In this document: one piece after another, positions 10,962 to 24,006 of the stretch
Layout: the number at the start of each line of letters is the position of its first letter
How positions within the stretch are numbered: the first letter of the stretch is position 1
Origin: Escherichia coli
GTDB lineage: Bacteria > Pseudomonadota > Gammaproteobacteria > Enterobacterales > Enterobacteriaceae
Length of the DNA: 64,000 bases
Strand: one strand, 5' to 3'
Assembly (NCBI RefSeq): GCF_036507355.1
Contig: NZ_AP027877.1
Made by a program: the position numbers and the translations under genes
Notes under the pieces: model-generated
Databases searched by the model: none
The model's input: the letters and a program-made list of their open reading frames with translations, nothing else
What the model was told of the DNA's origin: nothing

Positions 10962-13900
10962 ACATATTCACGCTTTCCCTCGGTCTGGCCGTCATGCCGA
11001 TGGTCGAGGCAGCACCAACCGCTCAGCAACAGTTGCTGGAGCAAGTTCGGTTAGGCGAAGCGACCCATCGTGAAGACCTGGTACAGCAGTCGTTGTATCG
11101 GCTGGAACTTATTGATCCGAATAACCCGGACGTCGTTGCCGCCCGTTTCCGTTCTTTGTTACGTCAGGGCGATATTGATGGCGCGCAAAAACAGCTCGAT
11201 CGGCTGTCGCAGTTAGCGCCGAGTTCAAATGCGTATAAATCGTCGCGGACTACGATGCTGCTTTCCACGCCAGATGGTCGTCAGGCACTGCAACAGGCAA
11301 GATTGCAGGCGACGACTGGTCATGCAGAAGAAGCTGTGGCGAGTTACAACAAACTGTTCAACGGTGCGCCGCCGGAAGGTGACATTGCCGTCGAGTACTG
11401 GAGTACGGTGGCGAAAATTCCGGCTCGCCGTGGCGAAGCGATTAATCAGCTAAAACGCATTAATGCGGATGCACCGGGCAATACGGGCCTGCAAAACAAT
11501 CTGGCGCTATTGCTGTTTAGTAGCGATCGCCGTGACGAAGGTTTTGCCGTCCTGGAACAGATGGCGAAATCGAACGCCGGGCGCGAAGGGGCCTCTAAAA
11601 TCTGGTACGGGCAGATTAAAGACATGCCCGCAGCGATGCCAGCGTGCAGGCGCTGAAAAAATATCTTTCGATCTTTAGTGATGGTGATAGCGTGGCGGCT
11701 GCGCAATCGCAACTGGCAGAACAGCAAAAACAGCTGGCCGATCCTGCTTTCCGCGCTCGTGCGCAAGGTTTAGCGGCGGTGGACTCTGGTATGGCGGGTA
11801 AAGCCATTCCCGAACTACAACAGGCAGTGCGGGCGAACCCGAAAGACAGTGAGGCTCTGGGGGCGCTGGGCCAGGCATATTCACAGAAAGGCGATCGCGC
11901 CAATGCAGTGGCGAATCTGGAAAAAGCCCTCGCACTGGATCCGCACAGCAGCAACAACGACAAATGGAACAGTCTGCTGAAAGTAAACCGCTACTGGCTG
12001 GCAATCCAGCAGGGCGATGCTGCGCTGAAAGCCAATAATCCTGACCGGGCAGAACGCCTGTTCCAGCAGGCGCGTAATGTCGATAACACCGACAGTTATG
12101 CAGTGCTGGGGCTGGGCGATGTGGCGATGGCGCGAAAAGATTATCCCGCCGCCGAACGTTATTATCAGCAGACCTTGCGTATGGACAGCGGCAACACTAA
12201 CGCCGTGCGCGGGCTGGCAAATATTTACCGCCAGCAATCGCCAGAAAAAGCTGAAGCGTTTATCGCCTCGCTCTCTGCCAGTCAGCGACGTAGCATTGAT
12301 GATATCGAACGCAGCCTGCAAAACGACCGTCTGGCACAGCAGGCAGAGGCACTGGAAAACCAGGGCAAATGGGCGCAGGCGGCAGCACTTCAGCGGCAAC
12401 GACTGGCGCTGGACCCCGGCAGCGTATGGATTACTTACCGACTTTCGCAGGATCTCTGGCAGGCCGGACAACGCAGCCAGGCCGATACGTTAATGCGCAA
12501 TCTGGCGCAGCAGAAGCCGAACGACCCGGAGCAGGTTTACGCTTACGGGCTGTACCTCTCTGGTCATGACCAGGACAGAGCGGCGCTGGCGCATATCAAC
12601 AGCCTGCCGCGTGCGCAGTGGAGCAGCAATATTCAGGAGCTGGTTAATCGACTGCAAAGCGATCAGGTGCTGGAAACCGCTAATCGCCTGCGAGAAAGCG
12701 GCAAAGAAGCTGAAGCGGAAGCGATGCTGCGTCAGCAACCACCTTCCACGCGTATTGACCTCACGCTGGCTGACTGGGCGCAGCAGCGACGTGATTACAC
12801 CGCCGCCCGCGCTGCATATCAGAATGTCCTGACGCGGGAGCCAACTAACGCCGATGCCATTCTGGGGCTGTCGGAAGTGGATATTGCTGCCAGTGACAAA
12901 GCGGCGGCACGTAGCCAGCTGGCGAAACTGCCCGCTACCGATAACGCCTCACTGAACACACAGCGGCGCGTGGCGCTGGCGCAGGCGCAGCTTGGAAATA
13001 CCGCAGCGGCGCAGCAGACGTTTAATAAGTTGATCCCGCAGGCAAAATCTCAGCCACCGTCGATGGAAAGCGCGATGGTGCTGCGCGACGGTGCGAAGTT
13101 TGAAGCGCAGGCGGGCGATCCAAAGCAGGCGCTGGAAACCTACAAAGACGCCATGGTCGCATCCGGTGTGACTACGACGCGTCCGCAGGATAACGACACC
13201 TTTACCCGACTGACCCGTAACGACGAGAAAGATGACTGGCTGAAACGCGGCGTGCGCAGCGATGCGGCGGACCTCTATCGCCAGCAGGATCTTAACGTCA
13301 CCCTCGAGCATGATTACTGGGGTTCGAGCGGCACCGGTGGTTACTCCGATCTGAAAGCGCATACTACCATGTTGCAGGTGGATGCTCCGTATTCTGACGG
13401 GCGGATGTTCTTTCGCAGTGATTTCGTCAATATGAACGTCGGCAGTTTCTCCACTAATGCCGATGGCAAATGGGATGACAACTGGGGCACCTGTACATTA
13501 CAGGACTGTAGCGGCAACCGCAGCCAGTCGGATTCCGGTGCCAGCGTGGCGGTCGGCTGGCGAAATGACGTCTGGAGCTGGGATATCGGCACCACGCCGA
13601 TGGGCTTCAACGTGGTGGATGTGGTCGGCGGCATCAGTTACAGCGATGATATCGGGCCGCTGGGTTACACCGTTAACGCCCACCGTCGGCCCATCTCCAG
13701 TTCTTTGCTGGCCTTTGGTGGGCAAAAAGACTCCCCGAGCAATACCGGGAAAAAATGGGGCGGCGTGCGTGCCGACGGCGTGGGGCTAAGCCTGAGCTAC
13801 GATAAAGGTGAAGCAAACGGCGTCTGGGCATCGCTTAGCGGCGACCAGTTAACCGGTAAAAATGTCGAAGATAACTGGCGTGTGCGCTGGATGACGGGCT

Positions 13901-14415
13901 ATTACTATAAGGTCATCAACCAGAACAATCGCCGCGTCACAATCGGCCTGAACAACATGATCTGGCATTACGACAAAGACCTGAGTGGCTACTCACTCGG
14001 TCAGGGCGGTTACTACAGTCCGCAGGAATACCTGTCGTTTGCCATACCGGTGATGTGGCGGGAGCGCACGGAAAACTGGTCGTGGGAGCTGGGGGCGTCT
14101 GGCTCGTGGTCGCATTCGCGCACCAAAACCATGCCGCGGTATCCGCTGATGAATCTGATCCCGACTGACTGGCAGGAAGAAGCTGCGCGGCAATCCAACG
14201 ATGGCGGCAGCAGTCAGGGCTTTGGCTATACGGCGCGGGCATTACTTGAGCGTCGCGTCACATCCAACTGGTTTGTTGGCACGGCAATTGATATCCAGCA
14301 GGCGAAAGATTACGCGCCCAGCCATTTCCTGCTCTATGTACGTTATTCCGCCGCTGGATGGCAGGGTGACATGGATTTACCGCCGCAGCCGCTGATACCT
14401 TACGCCGACTGGTAA
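10943..14415 (+). pseudogene. bcsC: Cellulose synthase outer-membrane subunit BcsC (TPR protein), disrupted by a -1 frameshift near 11630
   Basis: Two consecutive ORFs (10943..11656, 237 aa; 11644..14415, 923 aa) in different frames; total span 3473 nt is not a multiple of 3; frame 1 hits a stop at 11654-11656 while frame 2 continues SDASVQALKKYLSIF. Confidence 0.8.
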
Positions 14416-14496
14416 GTTTTCAGATAGCGCCTCTCTTAATGCCGCTGCGATCGGGTATACTCGGGCGGCAATCTGGGATTTCCGGGGGGAGACAAT

Positions 14497-16485
14497 TTGC
14501 GCGTAAGTCGCTCGTTAACAATCAAGCAGATGGCAATGGTGGCAGCCGTTGTCCTGGTGTTCGTTTTTATTTTTTGCACCGTTTTGCTGTTCCATCTGGT
14601 CCAGCAGAATCGCTATAACACGGCTACGCAACTGGAAAGCATTGCTCGCTCTGTCCGCGAACCCTTATCTTCAGCTATTTTGAAAGGCGATATTCCCGAA
14701 GCGGAAGCTATTCTTGCCAGCATTAAACCGGCAGGCGTGGTCAGCCGTGCCGATGTAGTGCTGCCTAACCAGTTCCAGGCGCTGCGTAAAAGTTTTATTC
14801 CAGAGCGTCCGGTGCCGGTAATGGTTACTCGCCTGTTTGAGCTACCGGTTCAAATCTCGCTGGGCGTTTACTCGCTCGAACGTCCGGCAAATCCGCAGCC
14901 AATTGCCTATCTGGTGCTACAGGCGGATTCCTTCCGTATGTATAAGTTCGTGATGAGCACCCTCTCAACGTTAGTGACCATTTACTTACTTTTGTCATTA
15001 ATATTGACGGTGGCGATTAGCTGGTGCATTAACCGCCTGATTTTGCATCCGTTACGCAATATTGCTCGCGAACTTAACGCCATCCCAGCCCAGGAGCTTG
15101 TTGGTCACCAACTGGCATTACCGCGTCTGCATCAGGACGATGAAATCGGTATGTTGGTGCGCAGTTACAACCTCAACCAGCAATTGCTGCAGCGCCATTA
15201 TGAAGAACAGAACGAAAATGCGATGCGCTTCCCGGTGTCGGATTTGCCGAACAAAGCCTTGCTGATGGAGATGCTGGAGCAGGTTGTCGCGCGTAAACAA
15301 ACCACCGCGCTGATGATCATCACCTGTGAAACCCTGCGTGATACTGCGGGTGTGCTGAAAGAGGCGCAACGAGAAATTCTGCTGCTGACGCTGGTGGAAA
15401 AACTCAAATCGGTACTGTCGCCACGTATGATCCTCGCGCAGATTAGCGGTTATGACTTTGCTGTCATTGCCAACGGTGTACAGGAACCGTGGCACGCAAT
15501 CACTTTGGGTCAGCAAGTGCTCACTATCATGAGCGAGCGCCTGCCGATTGAACGTATTCAACTCCGTCCGCACTGTAGCATTGGCGTGGCGATGTTCTAC
15601 GGCGATCTCACCGCCGAACAGCTTTACAGTCGCGCTATTTCTGCGGCATTTACCGCTCGCCATAAAGGCAAGAATCAGATTCAGTTCTTTGATCCGCAGC
15701 AGATGGAAGCTGCCCAGAAGCGGTTGACGGAAGAGAGCGATATCCTTAATGCACTGGAAAATCATCAGTTTGCTATTTGGTTACAGCCACAGGTCGAGAT
15801 GACCAGCGGTAAACTGGTCAGTGCGGAAGTGTTACTGCGTATCCAGCAACCGGATGGCAGTTGGGACCTGCCGGATGGCTTAATCGATCGCATTGAGTGC
15901 TGTGGGCTGATGGTGACCGTCGGTCACTGGGTGCTGGAAGAGTCCTGTCGATTGCTTGCAGCCTGGCAAGAGCGCGGCATTATGCTGCCCTTGTCGGTAA
16001 ACCTCTCAGCGCTGCAACTGATGCACCCAAATATGGTGGCGGATATGCTGGAACTGTTAACCCGCTATCGCATTCAGCCGGGAACACTGATTCTGGAAGT
16101 GACAGAAAGCCGACGTATTGACGACCCTCATGCTGCGGTGGCAATCCTCCGTCCGCTGCGCAATGCCGGAGTTCGGGTGGCGCTGGATGATTTCGGCATG
16201 GGCTACGCAGGGCTGCGTCAGCTGCAGCATATGAAATCGTTGCCAATCGACGTACTGAAAATCGACAAAATGTTTGTTGAAGGCTTGCCGGAAGATAGCA
16301 GCATGATTGCTGCAATTATCATGCTGGCGCAGAGCCTGAACTTACAAATGATTGCCGAAGGCGTGGAGACTGAAGCACAACGCGACTGGCTGGCAAAAGC
16401 GGGCGTTGGTATTGCCCAGGGCTTCCTTTTTGCTCGTCCACTCCCTATTGAAATCTTCGAAGAGAGTTACCTGGAAGAAAAGTAG
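14497..16485 (+). CDS. pdeK: c-di-GMP phosphodiesterase with HAMP-GGDEF-EAL architecture
   Basis: 662 aa, N-terminal TM segments, EAL-type C-terminal domain; track ORF starts at a TTG, true start may be a nearby ATG. Confidence 0.8.
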   Translation: MRVSRSLTIKQMAMVAAVVLVFVFIFCTVLLFHLVQQNRYNTATQLESIARSVREPLSSAILKGDIPEAEAILASIKPAGVVSRADVVLPNQFQALRKSFIPERPVPVMVTRLFELPVQISLGVYSLERPANPQPIAYLVLQADSFRMYKFVMSTLSTLVTIYLLLSLILTVAISWCINRLILHPLRNIARELNAIPAQELVGHQLALPRLHQDDEIGMLVRSYNLNQQLLQRHYEEQNENAMRFPVSDLPNKALLMEMLEQVVARKQTTALMIITCETLRDTAGVLKEAQREILLLTLVEKLKSVLSPRMILAQISGYDFAVIANGVQEPWHAITLGQQVLTIMSERLPIERIQLRPHCSIGVAMFYGDLTAEQLYSRAISAAFTARHKGKNQIQFFDPQQMEAAQKRLTEESDILNALENHQFAIWLQPQVEMTSGKLVSAEVLLRIQQPDGSWDLPDGLIDRIECCGLMVTVGHWVLEESCRLLAAWQERGIMLPLSVNLSALQLMHPNMVADMLELLTRYRIQPGTLILEVTESRRIDDPHAAVAILRPLRNAGVRVALDDFGMGYAGLRQLQHMKSLPIDVLKIDKMFVEGLPEDSSMIAAIIMLAQSLNLQMIAEGVETEAQRDWLAKAGVGIAQGFLFARPLPIEIFEESYLEEK

Positions 16486-16631
16486 CTACCCCAAACTGAT
16501 TACAAAACTTTAAAAAGTGCTGGTTTGTGCGAGCCAGCTCAAACTTTTTAACCTTTTTGTTTCAATTATGATCCAGGTACATTTCTGTGATGTTGTCTGG
16601 GTGTTATTTTAAGGCCGCAGGTACCCCATAA

Positions 16632-17954
<1,323 letters not shown>

Positions 17955-18174
17955 TCTCATCACTTATGCCCGCACTCCCTTCCCCGAGTGCGGGTGTTTG
18001 CGCATAATTGACCCCTGTGCCTGAACTTACCACCTGGGTGAGTTCAGGTTTATTTCACTTCTTCCGTGACATTTTCATGTTCTTGCGGTCTAACACGAAG
18101 TGTTTTTAACGTCATTTAGACTGACCGACAACGGGCAGTTTTTTTATTACCAGGATAGTTGATCAGGGGTTCAC

Positions 18175-19671
18175 ATGCAGGGCACAAAAATTCGACTTTT
18201 AGCGGGCGGTTTGCTGATGATGGCCACTGCTGGCTATGTGCAGGCAGATGCGCTCCAGCCTGATCCAGCATGGCAACAGGGGACGCTTTCCAACGGTTTA
18301 CAGTGGCAAGTGCTGACCACCCCCCAGCGTCCCAGCGATCGTGTTGAAATTCGCCTGCTGGTTAATACCGGTTCGCTCGCCGAAAGTACACAACAGAGCG
18401 GTTACAGTCACGCCATCCCTCGTATTGCGCTAACGCAAAGCGGTGGCCTTGACGCAGCACAGGCGCGTTCATTGTGGCAGCAGGGGATCGACCCTAAACG
18501 CCCGATGCCGCCGGTAATTGTCTCTTATGACACCACGCTGTTTAATCTGAGTTTGCCCAATAACCGTAACGATTTGCTGAAAGAGGCGCTCTCTTATCTG
18601 GCAAATGCCACTGGCAAACTGACCATCACACCAGAAACCATCAACCACGCGCTGCAAAGTCAGGACATGGTGGCAACCTGGCCTGCCGATACTAAAGAGG
18701 GCTGGTGGCGCTATCGTCTGAAAGGATCAACCTTGTTAGGTCACGATCCTGCCGATCCGCTGAAACAACCCGTTGAAGCGGAAAAGATTAAAGATTTCTA
18801 TCAGAAATGGTACACCCCGGATGCAATGACGCTGCTGGTGGTGGGAAACGTGGATGCGCGCTCGGTTGTCGACCAAATCAACAAAACGTTTGGCGAACTG
18901 AAAGGCAAACGTGAAACACCGGCTCCGGTGCCGACGCTTTCTCCGCTGCGTGCGGAAGCGGTGAGTATTATGACTGACGCGGTGCGTCAGGACCGGTTAT
19001 CTATCATGTGGGATACGCCGTGGCAGCCGATTCGTGAATCAGCCGCACTGCTGCGCTACTGGCGTGCGGACCTGGCCCGTGAGGCGCTGTTCTGGCATGT
19101 TCAGCAAGCGTTAAGCGCCAGTAACAGCAAAGACATCGGTCTTGGATTTGACTGCCGTGTGCTGTATCTGCGTGCGCAGTGTGCCATCAACATCGAATCA
19201 CCAAACGACAAGCTGAACAGCAACCTTAATCTGGTGGCGCGTGAACTGGCGAAGGTTCGCGATAAAGGTCTGCCGGAAGAAGAGTTCAATGCGTTAGTGG
19301 CGCAAAAGAAACTGGAGCTGCAGAAACTGTTTGCCGCCTATGCACGAGCTGATACCGATATTCTGATGGGTCAGCGGATGCGTTCGTTGCAAAATCAGGT
19401 TGTCGATATCGCGCCGGAGCAGTATCAGAAACTGCGGCAGGATTTCCTTAACAGCCTGACTGTGGAGATGTTAAATCAGGATCTGCGTCAGCAGTTGTCG
19501 AATGATATGGCGTTAATACTGCTGCAGCCGAAAGGCGAGCCGGAATTTAACATGAAAGCGTTGCAGGCGGCCTGGGATCAAATCATGGCCCCATCTACCG
19601 CCACTGCGACCACCTCTGTCGCCACGGATGACGTACATCCTGAAGTGACGGATATTCCACCTGCACAGTAA
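18175..19671 (+). CDS. yhjJ: Putative periplasmic M16-family zinc peptidase
   Basis: 498 aa with signal peptide; conserved position between dctA and kdgK. Confidence 0.8.
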   Translation: MQGTKIRLLAGGLLMMATAGYVQADALQPDPAWQQGTLSNGLQWQVLTTPQRPSDRVEIRLLVNTGSLAESTQQSGYSHAIPRIALTQSGGLDAAQARSLWQQGIDPKRPMPPVIVSYDTTLFNLSLPNNRNDLLKEALSYLANATGKLTITPETINHALQSQDMVATWPADTKEGWWRYRLKGSTLLGHDPADPLKQPVEAEKIKDFYQKWYTPDAMTLLVVGNVDARSVVDQINKTFGELKGKRETPAPVPTLSPLRAEAVSIMTDAVRQDRLSIMWDTPWQPIRESAALLRYWRADLAREALFWHVQQALSASNSKDIGLGFDCRVLYLRAQCAINIESPNDKLNSNLNLVARELAKVRDKGLPEEEFNALVAQKKLELQKLFAAYARADTDILMGQRMRSLQNQVVDIAPEQYQKLRQDFLNSLTVEMLNQDLRQQLSNDMALILLQPKGEPEFNMKALQAAWDQIMAPSTATATTSVATDDVHPEVTDIPPAQ

Positions 19672-19766
19672 TGCCTGATGGTGATGAGTTAGCACAACCA
19701 TCAGGTATTTATGGATGAGCTGGATAGAGGGGTAACACTTTATCCAGCCTTTTGCATATGCTGCGT

Positions 19767-20696
19767 TTACGCTGGCATCGCCTCACGCGGGATAATCGCG
19801 CCGCGATACTGAATAACGGTACTTGCGGTCAGGTGCCCGCGTTTCGCTGCGTTTTCCGCACTGCCGCCCGTCAAACGTACCGCCAGATAACCGGCACTGA
19901 AAGAGTCGCCAGCTGCGGTGGTATCGATCACTTTTTCTTTCGGCAGTTTCACCGCTGGAACATCCACTAACCCTTCGCCAGCAATAGACACCAGGCAAGA
20001 ATCCGCCCCGCGTTTCACCACCACTTCTTTCACGCCCGCGTTATGGGTGCGCGCAATGACGTCTTCCACCGGCTGTTGACCCCACAGCGCGTCTTCATCG
20101 TCCAGCGTCAGGAAGGCGATATCCGTGCATTCCAGCATTTGTTGGTACACCTGCTGTGTCTCTTCTTTGCTGGCCCACAGGCGCGGACGATAGTTATTGT
20201 CGAAAATCACTTTTCCGCCGTTGGCGCGGCATTCGCGCAGCAGGGAAAGCAGCTTTTCGCGGCTGGTCGGGCTTAAGATCGCCAGGCTAATCCCGCTCAG
20301 GTAGAGATAATCGAAATTCGCCAGCTCTTCGCAAATCGCCGCAGACTGCTCGCTCTCCAGCCAGAATTTGGCGGCGGCTTCGTTACGCCAGTAGTAGAAC
20401 GTACGTTCGCCGGTGCTGTCGGTTTCAATGTAGTAAAGGCCCGGAAGACGGTTTTCCATCCGTTGGGTCAGGGAAGTATCAACGTTCTCGCCGTGCCAGG
20501 CGTCCAGCATCTGCTGGCTAAAACTGTCCGTTCCCAGCGCCGTTACGTAATGAACGGTTAATGCCGCAGGATCGACCTGACGGGCGATATAGACGGAAGT
20601 GTTCAGGGTATCGCCGCCGAAACCGCGCTTAACGTCCGCGCCTTTCTCGGAAAGCTCAATCATGCATTCGCCAATCACGGCAATCTTTTTGGACAT
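19767..20696 (-). CDS. kdgK: 2-dehydro-3-deoxygluconokinase
   Basis: Track ORF 19767..21044 trimmed to MSKKIAVIGECMIELSEKG (309 aa); PfkB sugar-kinase family. Confidence 0.9.
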   Translation of the reverse strand: MSKKIAVIGECMIELSEKGADVKRGFGGDTLNTSVYIARQVDPAALTVHYVTALGTDSFSQQMLDAWHGENVDTSLTQRMENRLPGLYYIETDSTGERTFYYWRNEAAAKFWLESEQSAAICEELANFDYLYLSGISLAILSPTSREKLLSLLRECRANGGKVIFDNNYRPRLWASKEETQQVYQQMLECTDIAFLTLDDEDALWGQQPVEDVIARTHNAGVKEVVVKRGADSCLVSIAGEGLVDVPAVKLPKEKVIDTTAAGDSFSAGYLAVRLTGGSAENAAKRGHLTASTVIQYRGAIIPREAMPA

Positions 20697-20927
20697 AGTC
20701 GTGAACCTGATCTGTAAAAAATTAGCGTTAGTTTGCGCTGTGGTGGTTTGCTGGTCAACCATGTTAAAACAGTGTTCCATTATTTTTTTGAGCCAGAACG
20801 TATTCCTGAAAGATTCCGTTGTGGAGTGGGGAAATTTACCCCGGCCAGGCGGTAAAGTTCTGCCCTTACGCGCCGATAATCTTTGTCGAGTCCGGGCTGC
20901 ATCACTTTTAAACACAGGACATCTTTG

Positions 20928-21695
20928 ATGATAAGGCAGGTTATCCAGCGAATAAGCAACCCTGAAGCAAGCATCGAGAGCTTGCAGGAACGGCGTTTTT
21001 GGTTGCAGTGTGAGCGTGCTTACACCTGGCAGCCGATCTATCAAACATGCGGACGGTTAATGGCCGTGGAGCTATTAACGGTGGTCACGCATCCCTTGAA
21101 CCCTTCGCAACGCCTGCCGCCGGATCGCTATTTTACTGAAATCACCGTCAGCCATCGGATGGAGGTTGTGAAAGAGCAGATTGATTTGCTGGCGCAAAAA
21201 GCCGACTTCTTTATAGAGCACGGCCTGTTGGCATCGGTCAATATTGATGGCCCTACGCTCATCGCCCTGCGTCAGCAACCAAAAATCCTGCGCCAGATTG
21301 AGCGTCTTCCCTGGCTGCGTTTCGAACTGGTGGAGCATATCCGTCTGCCGAAAGATTCAACCTTTGCCTCGATGTGTGAATTTGGCCCGCTGTGGCTGGA
21401 TGATTTTGGTACCGGGATGGCAAATTTCTCTGCACTAAGTGAAGTGCGTTATGACTACATCAAAATCGCGCGAGAACTGTTTGTGATGCTGCGTCAGTCG
21501 CCGGAAGGACGCACACTCTTTTCTCAGCTTTTACATCTAATGAATCGCTATTGTCGCGGGGTGATTGTCGAGGGCGTAGAAACGCCGGAAGAGTGGCGTG
21601 ATGTACAGAACTCGCCCGCATTCGCCGCACAAGGCTGGTTTCTTTCACGCCCGGCACCGATAGAAACGCTGAATACGGCGGTTCTGGCGCTATAA
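20928..21695 (+). CDS. pdeH: EAL-domain c-di-GMP phosphodiesterase
   Basis: Track ORF 20883..21695 trimmed to MIRQVIQRISNPEA (255 aa); EAL domain. Confidence 0.9.
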   Translation: MIRQVIQRISNPEASIESLQERRFWLQCERAYTWQPIYQTCGRLMAVELLTVVTHPLNPSQRLPPDRYFTEITVSHRMEVVKEQIDLLAQKADFFIEHGLLASVNIDGPTLIALRQQPKILRQIERLPWLRFELVEHIRLPKDSTFASMCEFGPLWLDDFGTGMANFSALSEVRYDYIKIARELFVMLRQSPEGRTLFSQLLHLMNRYCRGVIVEGVETPEEWRDVQNSPAFAAQGWFLSRPAPIETLNTAVLAL

Positions 21696-21764
21696 GCTGC
21701 CTCATTTTCCGCCTGGCTGGACTATCTTTAGGACTGGCACAGGAAGAATATGAGGAAGCGAACG

Positions 21765-23825
21765 ATGAGCAAGGCAGGCAAAATAACCGCTGCGATTTCA
21801 GGGGCTTTCTTGTTGTTGATTGTCGTGGCGATCATTTTGATTGCAACTTTTGACTGGAATCGACTCAAACCGACCATCAACCAGAAAGTCTCTGCGGAGT
21901 TGAATCGTCCGTTCGCTATCCGTGGCGATCTGGGCGTGGTGTGGGAGCGGCAAAAACAAGAAACTGGCTGGCGCAGCTGGGTGCCGTGGCCCCATGTACA
22001 CGCGGAAGACATCATTCTTGGCAATCCACCGGATATTCCCGAAGTCACGATGGTGCATTTGCCACGCGTAGAGGCAACGCTGGCCCCGCTGGCGCTGCTG
22101 ACCAAAACGGTCTGGCTGCCGTGGATCAAACTCGAAAAGCCCGACGCGCGCCTGATTCGCCTCTCCGAAAAGAACAATAACTGGACGTTTAATCTCGCCA
22201 ACGATGACAACAAAGACGCGAATGCAAAGCCGTCGGCGTGGTCGTTTCGGCTGGATAATATTCTTTTCGATCAAGGGCGGATCGCCATTGATGACAAAGT
22301 AAGCAAAGCGGATCTGGAAATTTTTGTCGATCCGTTAGGTAAGCCGCTGCCGTTCAGCGAAGTTACTGGATCGAAAGGTAAAGCGGATAAAGAAAAGGTG
22401 GGCGATTACGTTTTTGGCCTGAAGGCGCAGGGACGTTATAACAGTGAACCGCTCACGGGTAAGGGGAAAATTGGCGGTATGCTGGCGCTGCGTGGCGAAG
22501 GGACGCCGTTTCCGGTACAGGCTGATTTCCGTTCAGGTAATACCCGTGTTGCTTTTGATGGCGTCGTGAATGACCCAATGAAGATGGGCGGTGTCGATTT
22601 ACGGCTTAAATTTTCTGGCGATTCACTGGGTGATCTCTATGAACTGACGGGCGTTCTGCTGCCCGATACCCCGCCGTTTGAAACGGATGGTCGGCTGGTA
22701 GCGAAAATCGACACTGAAAAATCGTCGGTCTTTGATTATCGCGGCTTTAATGGGCGAATTGGCGATAGCGATATCCACGGTTCTCTGGTCTACACCACCG
22801 GCAAGCCACGACCAAAACTGGAAGGTGATGTCGAGTCGCGGCAATTGCGGCTGGCGGACCTGGGACCGTTGATTGGCGTTGATTCCGGGAAAGGGGCAGA
22901 AAAGTCGAAACGGTCTGAACAGAAGAAGGGCGAAAAAAGCGTTCAGCCTGCGGGTAAAGTGCTGCCTTATGACCGCTTCGAAACCGATAAATGGGATGTC
23001 ATGGATGCCGATGTTCGCTTCAAAGGCCGACGTATCGAGCATGGCAGTAGCCTGCCGATTAGCGATCTTTCTACTCATATCATCCTCAAAAATGCTGACC
23101 TGCGCCTGCAACCGCTGAAATTTGGCATGGCGGGTGGCAGCATTGCGGCGAATATTCATCTGGAAGGCGATAAAAAGCCGATGCAGGGGCGGGCAGATAT
23201 TCAGGCTCGTCGACTGAAACTGAAAGAACTGATGCCCGATGTGGAACTGATGCAGAAGACGCTGGGGGAAATGAACGGTGACGCGGAACTGCGCGGTAGC
23301 GGTAACTCGGTGGCGGCACTTTTAGGCAACAGTAACGGCAACCTGAAACTGTTGATGAATGACGGGCTGGTGAGCCGCAACCTGATGGAGATTGTTGGGC
23401 TGAATGTCGGCAACTACATTGTCGGTGCGATATTTGGTGACGATGAGGTGCGGGTGAACTGCGCGGCGGCGAATCTGAATATTGCCAACGGCGTGGCGCG
23501 CCCGCAGATTTTTGCTTTCGATACTGAGAACGCGTTGATTAATGTTACCGGCACGGCAAGTTTTGCTTCGGAACAGCTGGATTTGACTATTGATCCGGAG
23601 AGTAAAGGGATTCGGATTATCACACTGCGTTCGCCGCTGTATGTGCGTGGGACGTTTAAAAATCCGCAGGCTGGAGTGAAAGCCGGACCGTTGATTGCCC
23701 GTGGTGCTGTTGCTGCGGCACTGGCAACGCTGGTTACGCCAGCGGCAGCGTTGCTGGCACTGATCTCACCTTCCGAAGGGGAGGCTAATCAGTGCCGGAC
23801 GATTTTGTCGCAGATGAAGAAGTGA
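21765..23825 (+). CDS. yhjG: AsmA-family membrane protein
   Basis: Track ORF 21750..23825 trimmed to MSKAGKITAAISGAFLLL (686 aa); N-terminal TM anchor. Confidence 0.8.
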   Translation: MSKAGKITAAISGAFLLLIVVAIILIATFDWNRLKPTINQKVSAELNRPFAIRGDLGVVWERQKQETGWRSWVPWPHVHAEDIILGNPPDIPEVTMVHLPRVEATLAPLALLTKTVWLPWIKLEKPDARLIRLSEKNNNWTFNLANDDNKDANAKPSAWSFRLDNILFDQGRIAIDDKVSKADLEIFVDPLGKPLPFSEVTGSKGKADKEKVGDYVFGLKAQGRYNSEPLTGKGKIGGMLALRGEGTPFPVQADFRSGNTRVAFDGVVNDPMKMGGVDLRLKFSGDSLGDLYELTGVLLPDTPPFETDGRLVAKIDTEKSSVFDYRGFNGRIGDSDIHGSLVYTTGKPRPKLEGDVESRQLRLADLGPLIGVDSGKGAEKSKRSEQKKGEKSVQPAGKVLPYDRFETDKWDVMDADVRFKGRRIEHGSSLPISDLSTHIILKNADLRLQPLKFGMAGGSIAANIHLEGDKKPMQGRADIQARRLKLKELMPDVELMQKTLGEMNGDAELRGSGNSVAALLGNSNGNLKLLMNDGLVSRNLMEIVGLNVGNYIVGAIFGDDEVRVNCAAANLNIANGVARPQIFAFDTENALINVTGTASFASEQLDLTIDPESKGIRIITLRSPLYVRGTFKNPQAGVKAGPLIARGAVAAALATLVTPAAALLALISPSEGEANQCRTILSQMKK

Positions 23826-23833
23826 AGATAATT

Positions 23834-23995
23834 GCCGGATGTCTGACATCCGGCAATTAAACAGATTTAGATTGTTGGCAAAGTGTGCTTTGTTCATGCC
23901 GGATGCGGCGTGAACGCCTTATCCGGCCTACAAACCCTTGCGAATTCAATATATTGTATGGAAATTCAGGCCTGATAAGCGTAGCGCATCAGGCT
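23834..23995. repeat. Cluster of REP palindromic units
   Basis: GCCGGATGTCTGACATCCGGC, GCCGGATGCGGCGTGAACGCCTTATCCGGCCTAC, AGGCCTGATAAGCGTAGCGCATCAGGC. Confidence 0.75.
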
Positions 23996-24006
23996 TTTCA
24001 CTCTTA

